A stretch of 40,019 nt of DNA from a virus. Taxonomy: Duplodnaviria; Heunggongvirae; Uroviricota; Caudoviricetes. Below, one piece after another: positions 19,554 through 28,807 of the stretch (position 1 is its first letter; each line of letters opens with the position of its first letter). The stretch is taken from the IMG/VR virus record IMGVR_UViG_2531839180_000007; one strand, given 5' to 3'. The position numbers and the translations under genes were made by a program. The notes beneath the pieces were generated by a model. The model did not search any database. It worked only from the letters and a program-made list of their open reading frames with translations, and had not been told where the DNA came from.

Positions 19554-21287
19554 TTAAAGCGAGCGGATCCCATAGGACTCAATGTGGTCAGACAGCGTGT
19601 CTTCTTTCTCGTACAGCATGGCTCTGCCAACCGCCATAATCAGCGCAACTGCACCATCGATTTTGTTTTCCGCCTGCTCTTTGACGGGCTTCACCACATC
19701 ATCGTTACCCGGAATGGTTTTGCCGACCACGTTGCCGATACACCAGGTCATGATGGGATTGCCATCATGATGAAAGCGCCCCGATTCAATTGCCGCTTCC
19801 AGCTCTTTCATCGGGTCGGACATGTTGGTGTAGTTCTGAATGATAGTGATGGGGTTCAGGTCTTCATCAGCAAGGTCATGTGAGAGCCCGGTCGCCCCGA
19901 AGGGGTCGATGGGTGACTCGCTGACCGGGCTGATTTTGTTCGCCGCTTTGGCCTCTTCGAGGATGTAGCGATAATCCACCTCCGCACCATCGGTAACGGT
20001 CAGAACGCCCATTTCCACCCATTTCTGAAAGCGTTCGGCTGTCCGGCGATCTTCATTTTTCTCGACGCTGTACACCGTGTCATACGGTACCCAGAAACGC
20101 GGGGCTACACTGTAGTAATGCGTTTTACCGTCAATCTCGCGGGTATAAAGTCGCGCCATGCTGTTCATATCCAGTTTACGCGCCAGGTCAAAGGCCAGAA
20201 TGCACGGCTGCCCCTCGAACTGCTCAAGGGACAGTGATTTATCCTCGCAGCTCTGCCAGCTCACCAGGTTGAAATACGCCGAACGCGCCGACACCCAGAT
20301 ATTGAGGTGTTTTGTTTTAAAGACGTTTGCCAGACGGGCGTTATTTTTCGCACGCTGCTGCTGACTTAACAAAAATTCGCGATAAACCGACACGCCAATA
20401 TTTGGATTGGCTTTTTCCAGCACCTGCGGGTCGGTCCAGTCGTCACCTTCATCAACGGTATAGATGATCCCGAACAGTTCATCGTTAGGCACCGAGCCGT
20501 TGAGCATCTCGATGACTTCCCGCCGTTTGTCGTAGCACGGCCCCTCAATGTTGTACCCGGCGGTAGTGATAGCCCACATCAGTGGCTGACGTCGCGCCCC
20601 CATCCCGGTAAGCATCGTGGTGTAAAGCGCATCTGTGGCGTGCTCGTGATATTCATCCACCACCGCACAGTGGGGTGATGAACCATCACCGGGGTTACCG
20701 ATCAGCGGTTCAAAACGCGCACCATCCTCCGGACGGTTCATGTTTGAGGCGTTAACCTCAATCCCGAACGCTTCCGTCAGCATGGGTGTGCGTTTACACA
20801 TCAGTCTTGCCGGGCGAAAGACTTCCCATGCCTGTTTCTCTGTCGTGGCACCGGAATACACTTCCGCGCCGAACTCGTTATCACAGGCAAAACAATACAG
20901 GGCGACACCGGCAGAGATTGCCGATTTGCCGTTCTTACGGGGGATTTCGGTATACACCTCACGGAAGCGGCGCAGCCGGGAGCCTTTATTGACCCAGCCA
21001 AACGCGCAGCAGATCACAAAGAGCTGCCACGGCTCCAGCGTGATGGGCATCCTCTTAAATGCCCACTCACCCTTGGTGTGCGGCAACAGCTGAATAAATT
21101 TGGCGGCCCGTTCAGCCAGGTCCTTGTCGAAGCGGTAACGAAACGACTTACTTTTTTCCGCCATCAGGTCATCAAGATGGCGCTGGCAGGCCTGAATCAC
21201 AAACTGGCAGGCCACAATCTTTCCGCGCACGACATCACGGGCATACTGATTGGCAGCATTTACGTTGGGGTAAGATTTCCGGCTCAT
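19554..21287 (-). CDS. Terminase large subunit
   Basis: 577 aa; ATPase and nuclease architecture; downstream of the small terminase. Confidence 0.85.
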   Translation of the reverse strand: MSRKSYPNVNAANQYARDVVRGKIVACQFVIQACQRHLDDLMAEKSKSFRYRFDKDLAERAAKFIQLLPHTKGEWAFKRMPITLEPWQLFVICCAFGWVNKGSRLRRFREVYTEIPRKNGKSAISAGVALYCFACDNEFGAEVYSGATTEKQAWEVFRPARLMCKRTPMLTEAFGIEVNASNMNRPEDGARFEPLIGNPGDGSSPHCAVVDEYHEHATDALYTTMLTGMGARRQPLMWAITTAGYNIEGPCYDKRREVIEMLNGSVPNDELFGIIYTVDEGDDWTDPQVLEKANPNIGVSVYREFLLSQQQRAKNNARLANVFKTKHLNIWVSARSAYFNLVSWQSCEDKSLSLEQFEGQPCILAFDLARKLDMNSMARLYTREIDGKTHYYSVAPRFWVPYDTVYSVEKNEDRRTAERFQKWVEMGVLTVTDGAEVDYRYILEEAKAANKISPVSESPIDPFGATGLSHDLADEDLNPITIIQNYTNMSDPMKELEAAIESGRFHHDGNPIMTWCIGNVVGKTIPGNDDVVKPVKEQAENKIDGAVALIMAVGRAMLYEKEDTLSDHIESYGIRSL

Positions 21288-21787
21288 GATTCGATGATTT
21301 TCAGAAACGGGTTAGTGGTTTTCTTCTGCCCCGCCAGGCCAATCAGACGCTGACGGCTGCTGGGGTCGAGTCCGAGCATTGCCCCCGTGCTGCTCATCTC
21401 GGACTCCTGTTCTTTTTTGGCGGTCAGCTCCGGATTTTTGACCATGCCGCCCATTGCACCGGTGATGGTGTTGCCCTGTCTGGCAATATTTTTCACGGCA
21501 CGTCGCCAGAACTCGTAGGCCACGCACCACCGCTCAAGCACCGCGAGGTCAGTCACGCACAGCAGGCCCTGACCGCAGAGTTCTTTAGTTGTCAGTTGCC
21601 ACATGATCGTAGCGAGAGGGAGATCTTCTTCAGCGAACCACTCCGGTGGCTCAACACCTTTGATGGGCGTAAAAACAGGTTCATCTTTATTCAGGGCTCG
21701 CTTGCCGGGGTTTCCGGCCAGCGCCTTGCGCGCCGTTGGCTTGGGGCGACGCCCGGAACGCCCCGCCGTTCCAGCCATATGCGGCAC
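21284..21787 (-). CDS. Terminase small subunit (P27-family-like)
   Basis: 167 aa; basic N-terminus; overlaps the large terminase start. Confidence 0.65.
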   Translation of the reverse strand: MPHMAGTAGRSGRRPKPTARKALAGNPGKRALNKDEPVFTPIKGVEPPEWFAEEDLPLATIMWQLTTKELCGQGLLCVTDLAVLERWCVAYEFWRRAVKNIARQGNTITGAMGGMVKNPELTAKKEQESEMSSTGAMLGLDPSSRQRLIGLAGQKKTTNPFLKIIES

Positions 21788-21903
21788 TCCTGGTTAAATT
21801 TCATTTTTCGCGGGTATAAAAAAACGATGGGGCGGGCAGTCCGGAAGACGTCAGGCCGCAGGGATTTGACCCGCCCCTCCCCTCAGGCAGTTGAGAATTA
21901 TTA

Positions 21904-22254
21904 TCACTTCAACCGTTCACGGGCCGTCTTCGCCTTATGACACGGCCAGCACAAACTCTGCAGATTACTGTCGACATCAGTGCCGCCATGCGATTTAGGG
22001 ATGATGTGGTCAACGGTCTTCGCCTCACGCACCACACCAGCACGCAGACATAACTGACACAGGCCTTTGTCACGCTTCAGGACACGCGCGCGAATACTGT
22101 CCCACTTCGAACCGTAGCCGCGCTGATGACGGGATTGTCCAGGTTTGTATTGCTTCCAGCCTTCGCTTTTGTGGCTTTCGCAGTAGCCTGAAGGGTCTGT
22201 GGTTGTAGAGCGGCAGCCGCGAACACGGCAGGCTTTTGGGGTTCGTGAGGGCAT
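21904..22254 (-). CDS. HNH endonuclease (packaging-associated)
   Basis: 116 aa; Cys/His motifs (CQLC..DHIIP..H..CWPCH); upstream of the terminase as in HK97-type cos phages. Confidence 0.8.
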   Translation of the reverse strand: MPSRTPKACRVRGCRSTTTDPSGYCESHKSEGWKQYKPGQSRHQRGYGSKWDSIRARVLKRDKGLCQLCLRAGVVREAKTVDHIIPKSHGGTDVDSNLQSLCWPCHKAKTARERLK

Positions 22255-22429
22255 TGCATAATACTCTTGGTTGGTTCACGTGCGATATGTGGCATCCTTT
22301 TCAGAATCGAAGCGTATTCCACTACGGTTTTGCCATAAAAACCTCAGGATTTTTTTGTTAGACAAATCGATAGTAAACGTTCAAATTTACAAGATATTAG
22401 CAACAAAATAGCCTCTACAAGGAATCAAT

Positions 22430-22978
22430 ATGTTTGATTTTACTCATTTTGAAGAGTTGACTTTAGCATCCCATCAACCCGATAGAATAATGACTATAGT
22501 TCGGTCCCAAGATGACATTGGTATCTATCTCCGCACTCACCTTTTGATTGAACAAATCTTGGAAGCTTGGATTATCTGTGCCTCTGGTAACAGGGATTTC
22601 TTCAGCGGTTTTGGCGAAAATATCAACATGGATTTTGCCATTAAAGCTCAGCTTGCGATGAACTATGGGATGAGCTCAGAGCTAAACAAATTTATTCGAA
22701 GGTTCAACAACTTCAGAAACAAACGTTCACATCAAATTAACAACTCTGACATCACTAACAGTGAGATTGACTCCTTAACAAGTCTAATGGAGCACGGTTA
22801 CCCTGATAGCTTGACCCCCATTAGAGATTTTAAGCTTGGGGTTTACGGAGCAGAAACTAGGGTTGTAAGTTTCACGGGATCCTCTACAAGCTTACGCGAT
22901 AAGCTCATTATGTTATTCGCTATGTTTTCCATGAGGGTACATTACGAAGCAAAATGCTTAAGCACGCCACAGAGCTAG
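22430..22978 (+). CDS. Hypothetical protein, first gene of the AT-rich accessory cassette (182 aa)
   Basis: ATG with an upstream aagga RBS; G+C visibly lower than flanking genes; opposite strand to the late operon; no motif recognised. Confidence 0.6.
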   Translation: MFDFTHFEELTLASHQPDRIMTIVRSQDDIGIYLRTHLLIEQILEAWIICASGNRDFFSGFGENINMDFAIKAQLAMNYGMSSELNKFIRRFNNFRNKRSHQINNSDITNSEIDSLTSLMEHGYPDSLTPIRDFKLGVYGAETRVVSFTGSSTSLRDKLIMLFAMFSMRVHYEAKCLSTPQS

Positions 22979-23056
22979 GCTCTACTTTGATGCTCTAATA
23001 ACATTCGATTATTTGCATTTCCTGTTGCATTAGCGACCTGCCATTGAGGAGTAAAA

Positions 23057-23617
23057 ATGATCCATACGGTACATTTTTTGACAGATGTTACAGTTGCCTC
23101 TGTAACTAATCTGATGGATGTCTGCTTAAAAGCAGTTTCAAATACTAATCAACCAGCAACAGAAATTAAGCTCTATATTTCCAGCAAAGGTGGAGATACA
23201 GTTTCAGGCTTTACTGCTTACAATTTTTTAAAGTCACTTGGTGTAAAGGTTACTACGCATAACCTCAGTAATGTTGAATCAATCGCAAACGTGATCTATA
23301 TGGCTGGAGAAGTGCGAACTGCCAACCCACTTTCTCGCTTCCTTCTTCACCCACTGCATTGGGGGTTCGCCGCACCCAGCGCAGATCACCTACGATTGAG
23401 AGAATGGGCTTCATGCCTCGATGACGATCTAAATCGATTTATTCAAATCATGGATATTGAAACAAAAAAGAAAAATCCAAGTGAGATTGCTGATTGGAAG
23501 GATTTGATCACTTCGGCAACCATCCTTCATCCCGGAAGGGCCTCCGAGTTGGGAATTGTTCATCAAGTCGAGGCTGCAACCATACCCACGGAATCGATCC
23601 GCTGGTGGGTACTTTAA
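23057..23617 (+). CDS. ClpP-family (S14) serine protease paralog, 186 aa
   Basis: Aligns by eye to E. coli ClpP: FLTD versus FLTG, IKLYISSKGG versus IYLYINSPGG, a Ser in ..VESIANV.. at the catalytic Ser position, LLHPLHWG versus MIHQPLGG (His), and WKDLI versus RDRFL (Asp). gaggag RBS upstream. Confidence 0.7.
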   Translation: MIHTVHFLTDVTVASVTNLMDVCLKAVSNTNQPATEIKLYISSKGGDTVSGFTAYNFLKSLGVKVTTHNLSNVESIANVIYMAGEVRTANPLSRFLLHPLHWGFAAPSADHLRLREWASCLDDDLNRFIQIMDIETKKKNPSEIADWKDLITSATILHPGRASELGIVHQVEAATIPTESIRWWVL

Positions 23618-23638
23618 AATCATAATATTCACCATAAT

Positions 23639-23667
23639 GCGGGCTTAGAAGCCCGCTCTTTTTTTCT
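23639..23667 (+). terminator. Intrinsic terminator of the accessory cassette
   Basis: gcgggc-ttagaa-gcccgc hairpin followed by tctttttttct. Confidence 0.7.
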
Positions 23668-23902
23668 CAGCCTGCCTGATATCAGCCTTATCCCGATTGC
23701 ACTGGCCAAGTGCCGATAGCAGACTGACATTTAAATTAAGACTATTACCCCATGTCATATTATCCGGAATGTCAGGATAAGGCGTTTCAGCCGTCAGGGT
23801 GGCTGGTAACGGAACCACCGGAATGCTCACGTAAACTGTTCGCGTACTTCCGCAACCGCTCAGCAGCGGCAGCAGGCACAAGGCCTGCAGCACAATCATC
23901 AT
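23645..23902 (-). CDS. o-spanin (Rz1-like outer-membrane lipoprotein)
   Basis: Lipobox LLPLLSGC and Pro-rich mature region; overlaps the 3' end of the i-spanin gene in another frame. The start is taken at an internal Met; the ORF extends to 23968. Confidence 0.6.
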   Translation of the reverse strand: MMIVLQALCLLPLLSGCGSTRTVYVSIPVVPLPATLTAETPYPDIPDNMTWGNSLNLNVSLLSALGQCNRDKADIRQAEKKRAGF

Positions 23903-24179
23903 CCGCAACAGCCACTTTGATATCTTTCTGGGTTCTCTGTGACTCCAGTGCGATCTGCTGTTTTGCATGCTGGTTAACCTCTATAACTGTATTGACGAGT
24001 TGCAGTGATTGCAGGACGTTACGGGTAATGGCTGTTGCAGATTCAGCATTTTGTACAGCCTCATCAGCACGTTTCTTTTCGTGCTGATATTTGCTGTAGT
24101 AGTGGTTGGCAGACCAGATGAAAGAACCAATGACAGTAAAGAAGAATGCAGCGATAACCAGCTTATAGCTCAACTTCAT
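23787..24179 (-). CDS. i-spanin (Rz-like)
   Basis: 130 aa; N-terminal transmembrane segment followed by predicted coiled coil; directly downstream of the endolysin. Confidence 0.65.
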   Translation of the reverse strand: MKLSYKLVIAAFFFTVIGSFIWSANHYYSKYQHEKKRADEAVQNAESATAITRNVLQSLQLVNTVIEVNQHAKQQIALESQRTQKDIKVAVADDDCAAGLVPAAAAERLRKYANSLREHSGGSVTSHPDG

Positions 24180-24639
24180 TTACCACCCCACCTGCCTCTT
24201 TAAACCGGGAAATCAGGTCACTGATTTTATGTTCATACTGACCGTAACCTGCACCAGGTAACGACGCCCAGATATTGCTGCAACGATCGATAGCCTGACG
24301 GATATCACCGCGATCAATCATCGGTAAAGCGCCACGCTCTTTAATCTGCTGCAATGCCACAGCATCCTGGCTTTTGGGAGAGAAGTCTTTCAGGCCAAGC
24401 TGCTTGCGGTAGGCATCCCACCAACGGGAAAGAAGTTGATAACGGCCTGCAGCTGTTGACTTGAGTTTCGGATTTAGCGTGACAAGTTTGCGAGGGTGAT
24501 CGGAGTAATCAGTGAATAGTTCACCACCAACAATAACGTCATAACCGTGGTTATGTGTCGGTTGTCGCCCGTTATCCGTTCCCTCTGACCATGCCACCAT
24601 ATCCAGGAAAGCTTTACGCTGGGAATTTAGTACCTGCAT
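24163..24639 (-). CDS. R: Endolysin, lambda R-type lytic transglycosylase
   Basis: 158 aa, near-identical by recall to lambda R (..NQRKAFLDM.AWSEGTDNGRQ.T.NHGYDVIVGGELFTDYSDHPRKLVTLNPKLKST..). Confidence 0.9.
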   Translation of the reverse strand: MQVLNSQRKAFLDMVAWSEGTDNGRQPTHNHGYDVIVGGELFTDYSDHPRKLVTLNPKLKSTAAGRYQLLSRWWDAYRKQLGLKDFSPKSQDAVALQQIKERGALPMIDRGDIRQAIDRCSNIWASLPGAGYGQYEHKISDLISRFKEAGGVVNEVEL

Positions 24640-24642
24640 AAA

Positions 24643-24924
24643 TTACTCCTTAGAGCCACCAAACTTGTTACCGATTACTCTCATTGCAGCCCCACGAATA
24701 GCATCAACACCGATCAGCCCCACCCCACCACCAATGGCAACAGATAGTGATTTAGGCCATCCGACATACTCAAGAGCGGATGCAAAAGTCAGCGTCAGAG
24801 CACCACAGAGCAAAATCTCGAGCGTTTTTCGCTTCCAGCCACCCCCCCGCCAAAATAGGCAATGCGCAAGCCAGCCATAACGATCGACATAATCACTGCA
24901 CCCAGCGGTGTGTCTCCACGCCAC
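24643..24924 (-). CDS. Holin-like membrane protein, C-terminal frame (two predicted transmembrane segments)
   Basis: 93-aa ORF with hydrophobic segments and a charged C-terminus ..IGNKFGGSKE immediately upstream of R. Overlaps the upstream ORF across a G7 tract. Confidence 0.5.
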   Translation of the reverse strand: MAWRHTAGCSDYVDRYGWLAHCLFWRGGGWKRKTLEILLCGALTLTFASALEYVGWPKSLSVAIGGGVGLIGVDAIRGAAMRVIGNKFGGSKE

Positions 24925-25064
24925 CAGCTCTGTAACAGTTCAAGTAAATCAGGCCAGGAATGAGGATCGTTGTGCATTTCATAATTCCCACCTCCGATTA
25001 CCGGAAGTGCCACAAGTAAAAGGGAAAGAAGCTGGTTATAACGCTGATTTGCAGAAGTGCGCAT
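24795..25064 (-). CDS. Holin-like membrane protein, N-terminal frame
   Basis: 89-aa ORF with two hydrophobic segments; its frame and the downstream holin-like frame overlap at the homopolymer 24842..24848. Confidence 0.45.
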   Translation of the reverse strand: MRTSANQRYNQLLSLLLVALPVIGGGNYEMHNDPHSWPDLLELLQSWWRGDTPLGAVIMSIVMAGLRIAYFGGGVAGSEKRSRFCSVVL

Positions 25065-25088
25065 AAAAAAGGCCGCCCGTAGGCGGCC
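25063..25088 (-). terminator. tR'-like intrinsic terminator between the Q-proximal small gene and the lysis genes
   Basis: Minus-strand hairpin ggccgcc-tacg-ggcggcc followed by TTTTTT. Confidence 0.65.
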
Positions 25089-25106
25089 TCAAAAATCTTA
25101 TTTTCA

Positions 25107-25310
25107 TCATCGCGAAGGATGGAGGGTTTTATGACGAGGTTTAATGTAAACCTCATAGGAATGAGACAGCTTGTCTACTTCTCTAATTGGTAATTCCCAA
25201 CCAGTATTCAACAGAATACTTTTCTGAGTAGCAGACACTAACACTGAGCCAATCTCAATATTATTTGCAATTGCCACGACCTTCTTGGTCGTGTGTTTAC
25301 TATTTTGCAT
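25107..25310 (-). CDS. Hypothetical small protein (67 aa) between Q and the tR'-like terminator
   Basis: Strong RBS aaaggagatcacc before the ATG; AT-rich; followed by an intrinsic terminator. Confidence 0.55.
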   Translation of the reverse strand: MQNSKHTTKKVVAIANNIEIGSVLVSATQKSILLNTGWELPIREVDKLSHSYEVYIKPRHKTLHPSR

Positions 25311-25502
25311 GGTGATCTCCTTTCAACCAGCATCACAAATGTGATGGAGATCACAATATCACTTGTTCAAAAAACATGCAACATAAAACCCACCTGAGCG
25401 GGTTTATAAAAGTTAGACATTCAATGCCCATCTTTACGTTAAGGCTAACCATATTTTTTGAAAATTGCAAGCATTGTGCGGAGAAAATCATTAAAAATGT
25501 AG

Positions 25503-26255
25503 CTATCGTGTCACTTTTTGCAACTGTAACTCTGCGAATGCTTCTTCCTGCCAGCACTTTGTTACCAGTTTATCAATGACGTCTGCATATCCTTTGTACC
25601 ACTGATAATCCGTCAGGTCTGGTACCAGCTTCTGGACATGAAGCCGCGCCAGTGTGGTTGGTAAACGGCTAAACCGGTTTCCATTGCAACGCCCACAAAT
25701 CTTATAAACAGGCGTGCCATGAAGCCGGGTTCTTTTTTCATCCAGGACAATACCTTTACCCTTACACCCTCTGCACGCGGTGCTGACTTCTCCCTTACCA
25801 TGGCAATGCTGACATAGTTCCTTCACCCACTCTTCCTTGATAACAGATTCCCCGCTTCTGGAGTGTTTCACCACTTCGCGCAATACATTATGAAATCCAG
25901 TACCAGCACAATGCTCACAGCGAGCCTTACTTGCCGCAGACCTGGAATAATCAGCAAAGGCAAAATTCACAAGGTAAGGGATGATCTGTAACCGGGTTTC
26001 TTCACTCAATTTGTTCAATGTCGGGTTATCCAGTGCCATCGCGTAATTGAGCAGACCTTCAATCGCAAACTGAGGATCCTGAACACCAACTTTTGCCAGG
26101 AATAAGGCAAACCCAAGCGGTGCTTTCGACTGCACCATCCCCTGCGCAGCCATCACATCCGTAATCGTTAAACCACCTGAGCCTGTCGCCGGTGCGTCAT
26201 CGCTCAATTTTGGAGATTTTGGGGAGTAATATTTTGGTAAGGCTTCAAGGTTCAT
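25503..26255 (-). CDS. Late-gene antiterminator Q (Zn-binding, lambdoid Q family)
   Basis: About 250 aa with Cys-rich motifs (CEHCAGTG, CQHCHGKG, CRGCKGKG, CGRCNG); ggaga RBS before the ATG at 26255; positioned upstream of the lysis module. Confidence 0.7.
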   Translation of the reverse strand: MNLEALPKYYSPKSPKLSDDAPATGSGGLTITDVMAAQGMVQSKAPLGFALFLAKVGVQDPQFAIEGLLNYAMALDNPTLNKLSEETRLQIIPYLVNFAFADYSRSAASKARCEHCAGTGFHNVLREVVKHSRSGESVIKEEWVKELCQHCHGKGEVSTACRGCKGKGIVLDEKRTRLHGTPVYKICGRCNGNRFSRLPTTLARLHVQKLVPDLTDYQWYKGYADVIDKLVTKCWQEEAFAELQLQKVTR

Positions 26256-26268
26256 GCTCGTTCTCCAC

Positions 26269-27264
26269 TTACGCCAGCACGCCAATTGCCAGCGCACGAT
26301 CGATAAAACGAAATATCAGCTCAAGCTGGGAGCCATACTTCTCTTCAAATGCCACGGTATCCGCATGCAGCTCGTCGTGATGCTTTCTGCACAAAGGCAA
26401 CACAAAGAGGTCATGCGCTTTTGTACCCATTCCGCCCTGACCGTGACCTGTCAGGTGGTGGGGATCATCAGCAGGTTTTCCACAACATGCGCACGGCTGC
26501 GTCTTAACCCATCGCGTGTACTTTTCATTAACCCAGCGGCGACGTTTGGGGCGTAACATAAAAGACTCCGGCGACTCCGGATCCACTTTCAGCGCCAGCA
26601 CCTTTTTCGCTTTATCCTGGATGATGCTGGTGGCAGGAACCGAAGGCACAAGGTCACTTTCCCGGGTAACAGACGGCACAACAGGCTTCGGTAATCTCAG
26701 TGCCTTACGGGCTGCACTTTCCGGTAAGGCATCCGCCAGGTCATTACGAATCAGCCACCAGCACAGTTCCGGCATTGTCACAACGTGACTGTCATCAAAA
26801 CCGAGATCCCGACGCACAACAGACAACACCCAGCGGGCACAGTTATCCGTTGCCATTGATTCCAGCCGTTCCGTGAACTGATCGCGCAGCTGGTTATCGC
26901 AGTGCCAGCACAGACGGATTGCACCCGGCGCGTGTCGCATTGTGGTCATGTTCTCGCTGTGCCAGTCGGAATGAGGCCACTGACAGCCCTTTTCACGAAG
27001 TAACCAGCTTTCAAGACATTCCACGCCACCAGCACGACGGATCACTGCCTCATTGCGGAACACGGCCCGAACGGCAGGATCATCCGCCAGCGGTTGTGAT
27101 GCCGCCGGAACGGCACCACTGGCGAAAGATGAATAACGTTCCGGCTCAGGCTCCAGCAGGACACGCCCCTGCATAAACAGGGGCATCAGCTCTGAACCTG
27201 GCCTGAACAATACGATCCCCATACGCGGGGCAATTTCAGGGGTCAGTAGTGCTCTCACGGTCAC
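26269..27264 (-). CDS. DUF968-family phage protein (nin-region, HNH-like C-terminal Cys/His motif)
   Basis: 331 aa; C-terminal ..CACCGKPADDPHHL..CRKHHDELH.. motif. Confidence 0.6.
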   Translation of the reverse strand: MTVRALLTPEIAPRMGIVLFRPGSELMPLFMQGRVLLEPEPERYSSFASGAVPAASQPLADDPAVRAVFRNEAVIRRAGGVECLESWLLREKGCQWPHSDWHSENMTTMRHAPGAIRLCWHCDNQLRDQFTERLESMATDNCARWVLSVVRRDLGFDDSHVVTMPELCWWLIRNDLADALPESAARKALRLPKPVVPSVTRESDLVPSVPATSIIQDKAKKVLALKVDPESPESFMLRPKRRRWVNEKYTRWVKTQPCACCGKPADDPHHLTGHGQGGMGTKAHDLFVLPLCRKHHDELHADTVAFEEKYGSQLELIFRFIDRALAIGVLA

Positions 27265-27265
27265 C

Positions 27266-28075
27266 TCAATGAACGGTATCGAGCAGCTTTAACAGCTCAG
27301 AGAATCGGGATTCGAAGAAGTGCGGCTGCGTCTCGCGCGGATTTGCAGGACTGGTGATGTTCTTGCCGAACATGCAGCCTTTCGCCGTCAGCGACCAGAA
27401 TTTTTTGATGTTGTTAATCGCGGTACGGCTGTATCGTTCGCGTTGTTCAACGATCCCCAGCTTCGCCATCTGGTGATATGCCTGATTAGCTGTCAGGCGG
27501 ATACCATACTGCTTCAGCAGTGCACTCAGTGACAGCGTGGGGCGGCTTGAGCCATCAGGCGCGTCAGCAGGAGCATCAATGGCATAGCGCGGTGCCAGAT
27601 TCGGTAAGCCAACAGCCTCCTGGAGTTTCTGACAGGCACCAAGCACTGAAGAGTTAGACAGGTTTAACTCCCGGCGCATAAAGTCCAGCAGGATCACGCC
27701 AGCCTGCATCTTGTCAGCAGCCTGCCCGGATAATTTTTCCAGTGTGCTGGTTATCATATCGAAAGTACGGATCACCTTCAGATGGAATGACGGGCTGATC
27801 CACATTGCATAGGCATACACCAGTTCCTTGCAGACATACGTTCCCCGTTCATTTCCCCCATGAATCACACTCACCGGGTCAACACCCAAATTCTGGGTGT
27901 TGGTCAATTCATGAACAAGCTCAACAGTTTGTTGGCTGGAAAGAAACTTTCCTGGCTCCTTGGTTCTGGCATTTGCACCAGATGCTACTGCTGCGCGATG
28001 CAGATCGTTCAGGCTGTAACGCCCATAAGCATCACGACGAACTTCAATACCATCAATGACCATCAGATTATTCAT
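27266..28075 (-). CDS. KilA-N domain protein
   Basis: N-terminus MNNLMVIDGIEVRRDAYGRYSLNDLHRA is typical of KilA-N; gaggag RBS before the ATG at 28075. Confidence 0.65.
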   Translation of the reverse strand: MNNLMVIDGIEVRRDAYGRYSLNDLHRAAVASGANARTKEPGKFLSSQQTVELVHELTNTQNLGVDPVSVIHGGNERGTYVCKELVYAYAMWISPSFHLKVIRTFDMITSTLEKLSGQAADKMQAGVILLDFMRRELNLSNSSVLGACQKLQEAVGLPNLAPRYAIDAPADAPDGSSRPTLSLSALLKQYGIRLTANQAYHQMAKLGIVEQRERYSRTAINNIKKFWSLTAKGCMFGKNITSPANPRETQPHFFESRFSELLKLLDTVH

Positions 28076-28094
28076 ACTTCGTTTCTCCTCTTGA

Positions 28095-28484
28095 TCAGGC
28101 GGCTGCACCCGCCGTTTTCTCGTACTTACTGATAGTGATCTCGACCTTCCCTTTCGGGATAACCGGTCCCCACTCAACCAGCATTCTTTTCACCTGGCTG
28201 TCGTCTTCCCACACACCCGCGTGGGTCAGGGCGTCAAACAGCGCCTTGTTATAGTTGTCCAGATCGCGGATCCGGTTATCCGGAGGAAACAACACGATCT
28301 CCACTGAAGCAGGTGCCGACGTTGGTTTCGGCAGACGACGTAACTGCTCAACTATTGCTGTGCACGCCGCACTCTGGAATTTTCGCCCCGCCGCGCTTAT
28401 CAGGCTCTTACCAGCAAATGCCCCTTTGTTGGGGTGTCGCCAGTAGGTGTTCACGCTGGGTGGAAAAGGCAGAATCAGCTTCAT
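28095..28484 (-). CDS. rusA: Holliday junction resolvase RusA
   Basis: 129 aa beginning MKLILPFPPSVNTYW with the conserved RusA Asp-rich region (..IRDLDNYNKALFDAL..). Confidence 0.85.
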   Translation of the reverse strand: MKLILPFPPSVNTYWRHPNKGAFAGKSLISAAGRKFQSAACTAIVEQLRRLPKPTSAPASVEIVLFPPDNRIRDLDNYNKALFDALTHAGVWEDDSQVKRMLVEWGPVIPKGKVEITISKYEKTAGAAA

Positions 28485-28807
28485 ACTTTCAGCCCCCTCT
28501 CATGTAACCAGTGGGCTGCACGCGGCCTGGCGTTTTCCTCACCAGCAAGCAGTGCGCGGATAATCCCGGCCGCCTCGCTATCGTCGTCCTTCACCGCGGT
28601 ATGAAGCGTGATGCCCCGGGCCACGCCACGCTTTATCGTGATGACGCCTTTTTTCTCCAGTGCGCGAAGATGCTCCACCGCTGCATTCACTGAACGGTAT
28701 CCCAGCATGGTAGCCACCTCCTGATTGGTTGGCGGGAAGCCACGTTCTTTCTGGTAAGAAATCAGCATATCCAGCACCTGCTGCTGGCATTGAGTTAACG
28801 TCGTCAT
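28481..28807 (-). CDS. Putative DNA-binding protein with a LexA-like winged-helix N-terminal domain
   Basis: About 108 aa from the ATG at 28807; ..LTQCQQQVLDMLISYQKERGFPPTNQEVATMLGYRSVNAAVEHLRALEKKGVI.. resembles the LexA DNA-binding domain. Confidence 0.5.
   Translation of the reverse strand: MTTLTQCQQQVLDMLISYQKERGFPPTNQEVATMLGYRSVNAAVEHLRALEKKGVITIKRGVARGITLHTAVKDDDSEAAGIIRALLAGEENARPRAAHWLHERGLKV

Noticed and set aside
23057-23617. The ClpP-like gene as the capsid prohead protease
   Set aside because: A canonical HK97-type prohead protease already sits between portal and capsid (17491..18177). This gene lies outside the head module, on the opposite strand, in an AT-rich cassette.
25311-25502. 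A precise sigma70 late promoter (pR') and qut site
   Set aside because: Several weak -35/-10 candidates exist (for example TTGCAA with a 17-bp spacer), but none is convincing by eye; left as an unresolved regulatory interval.
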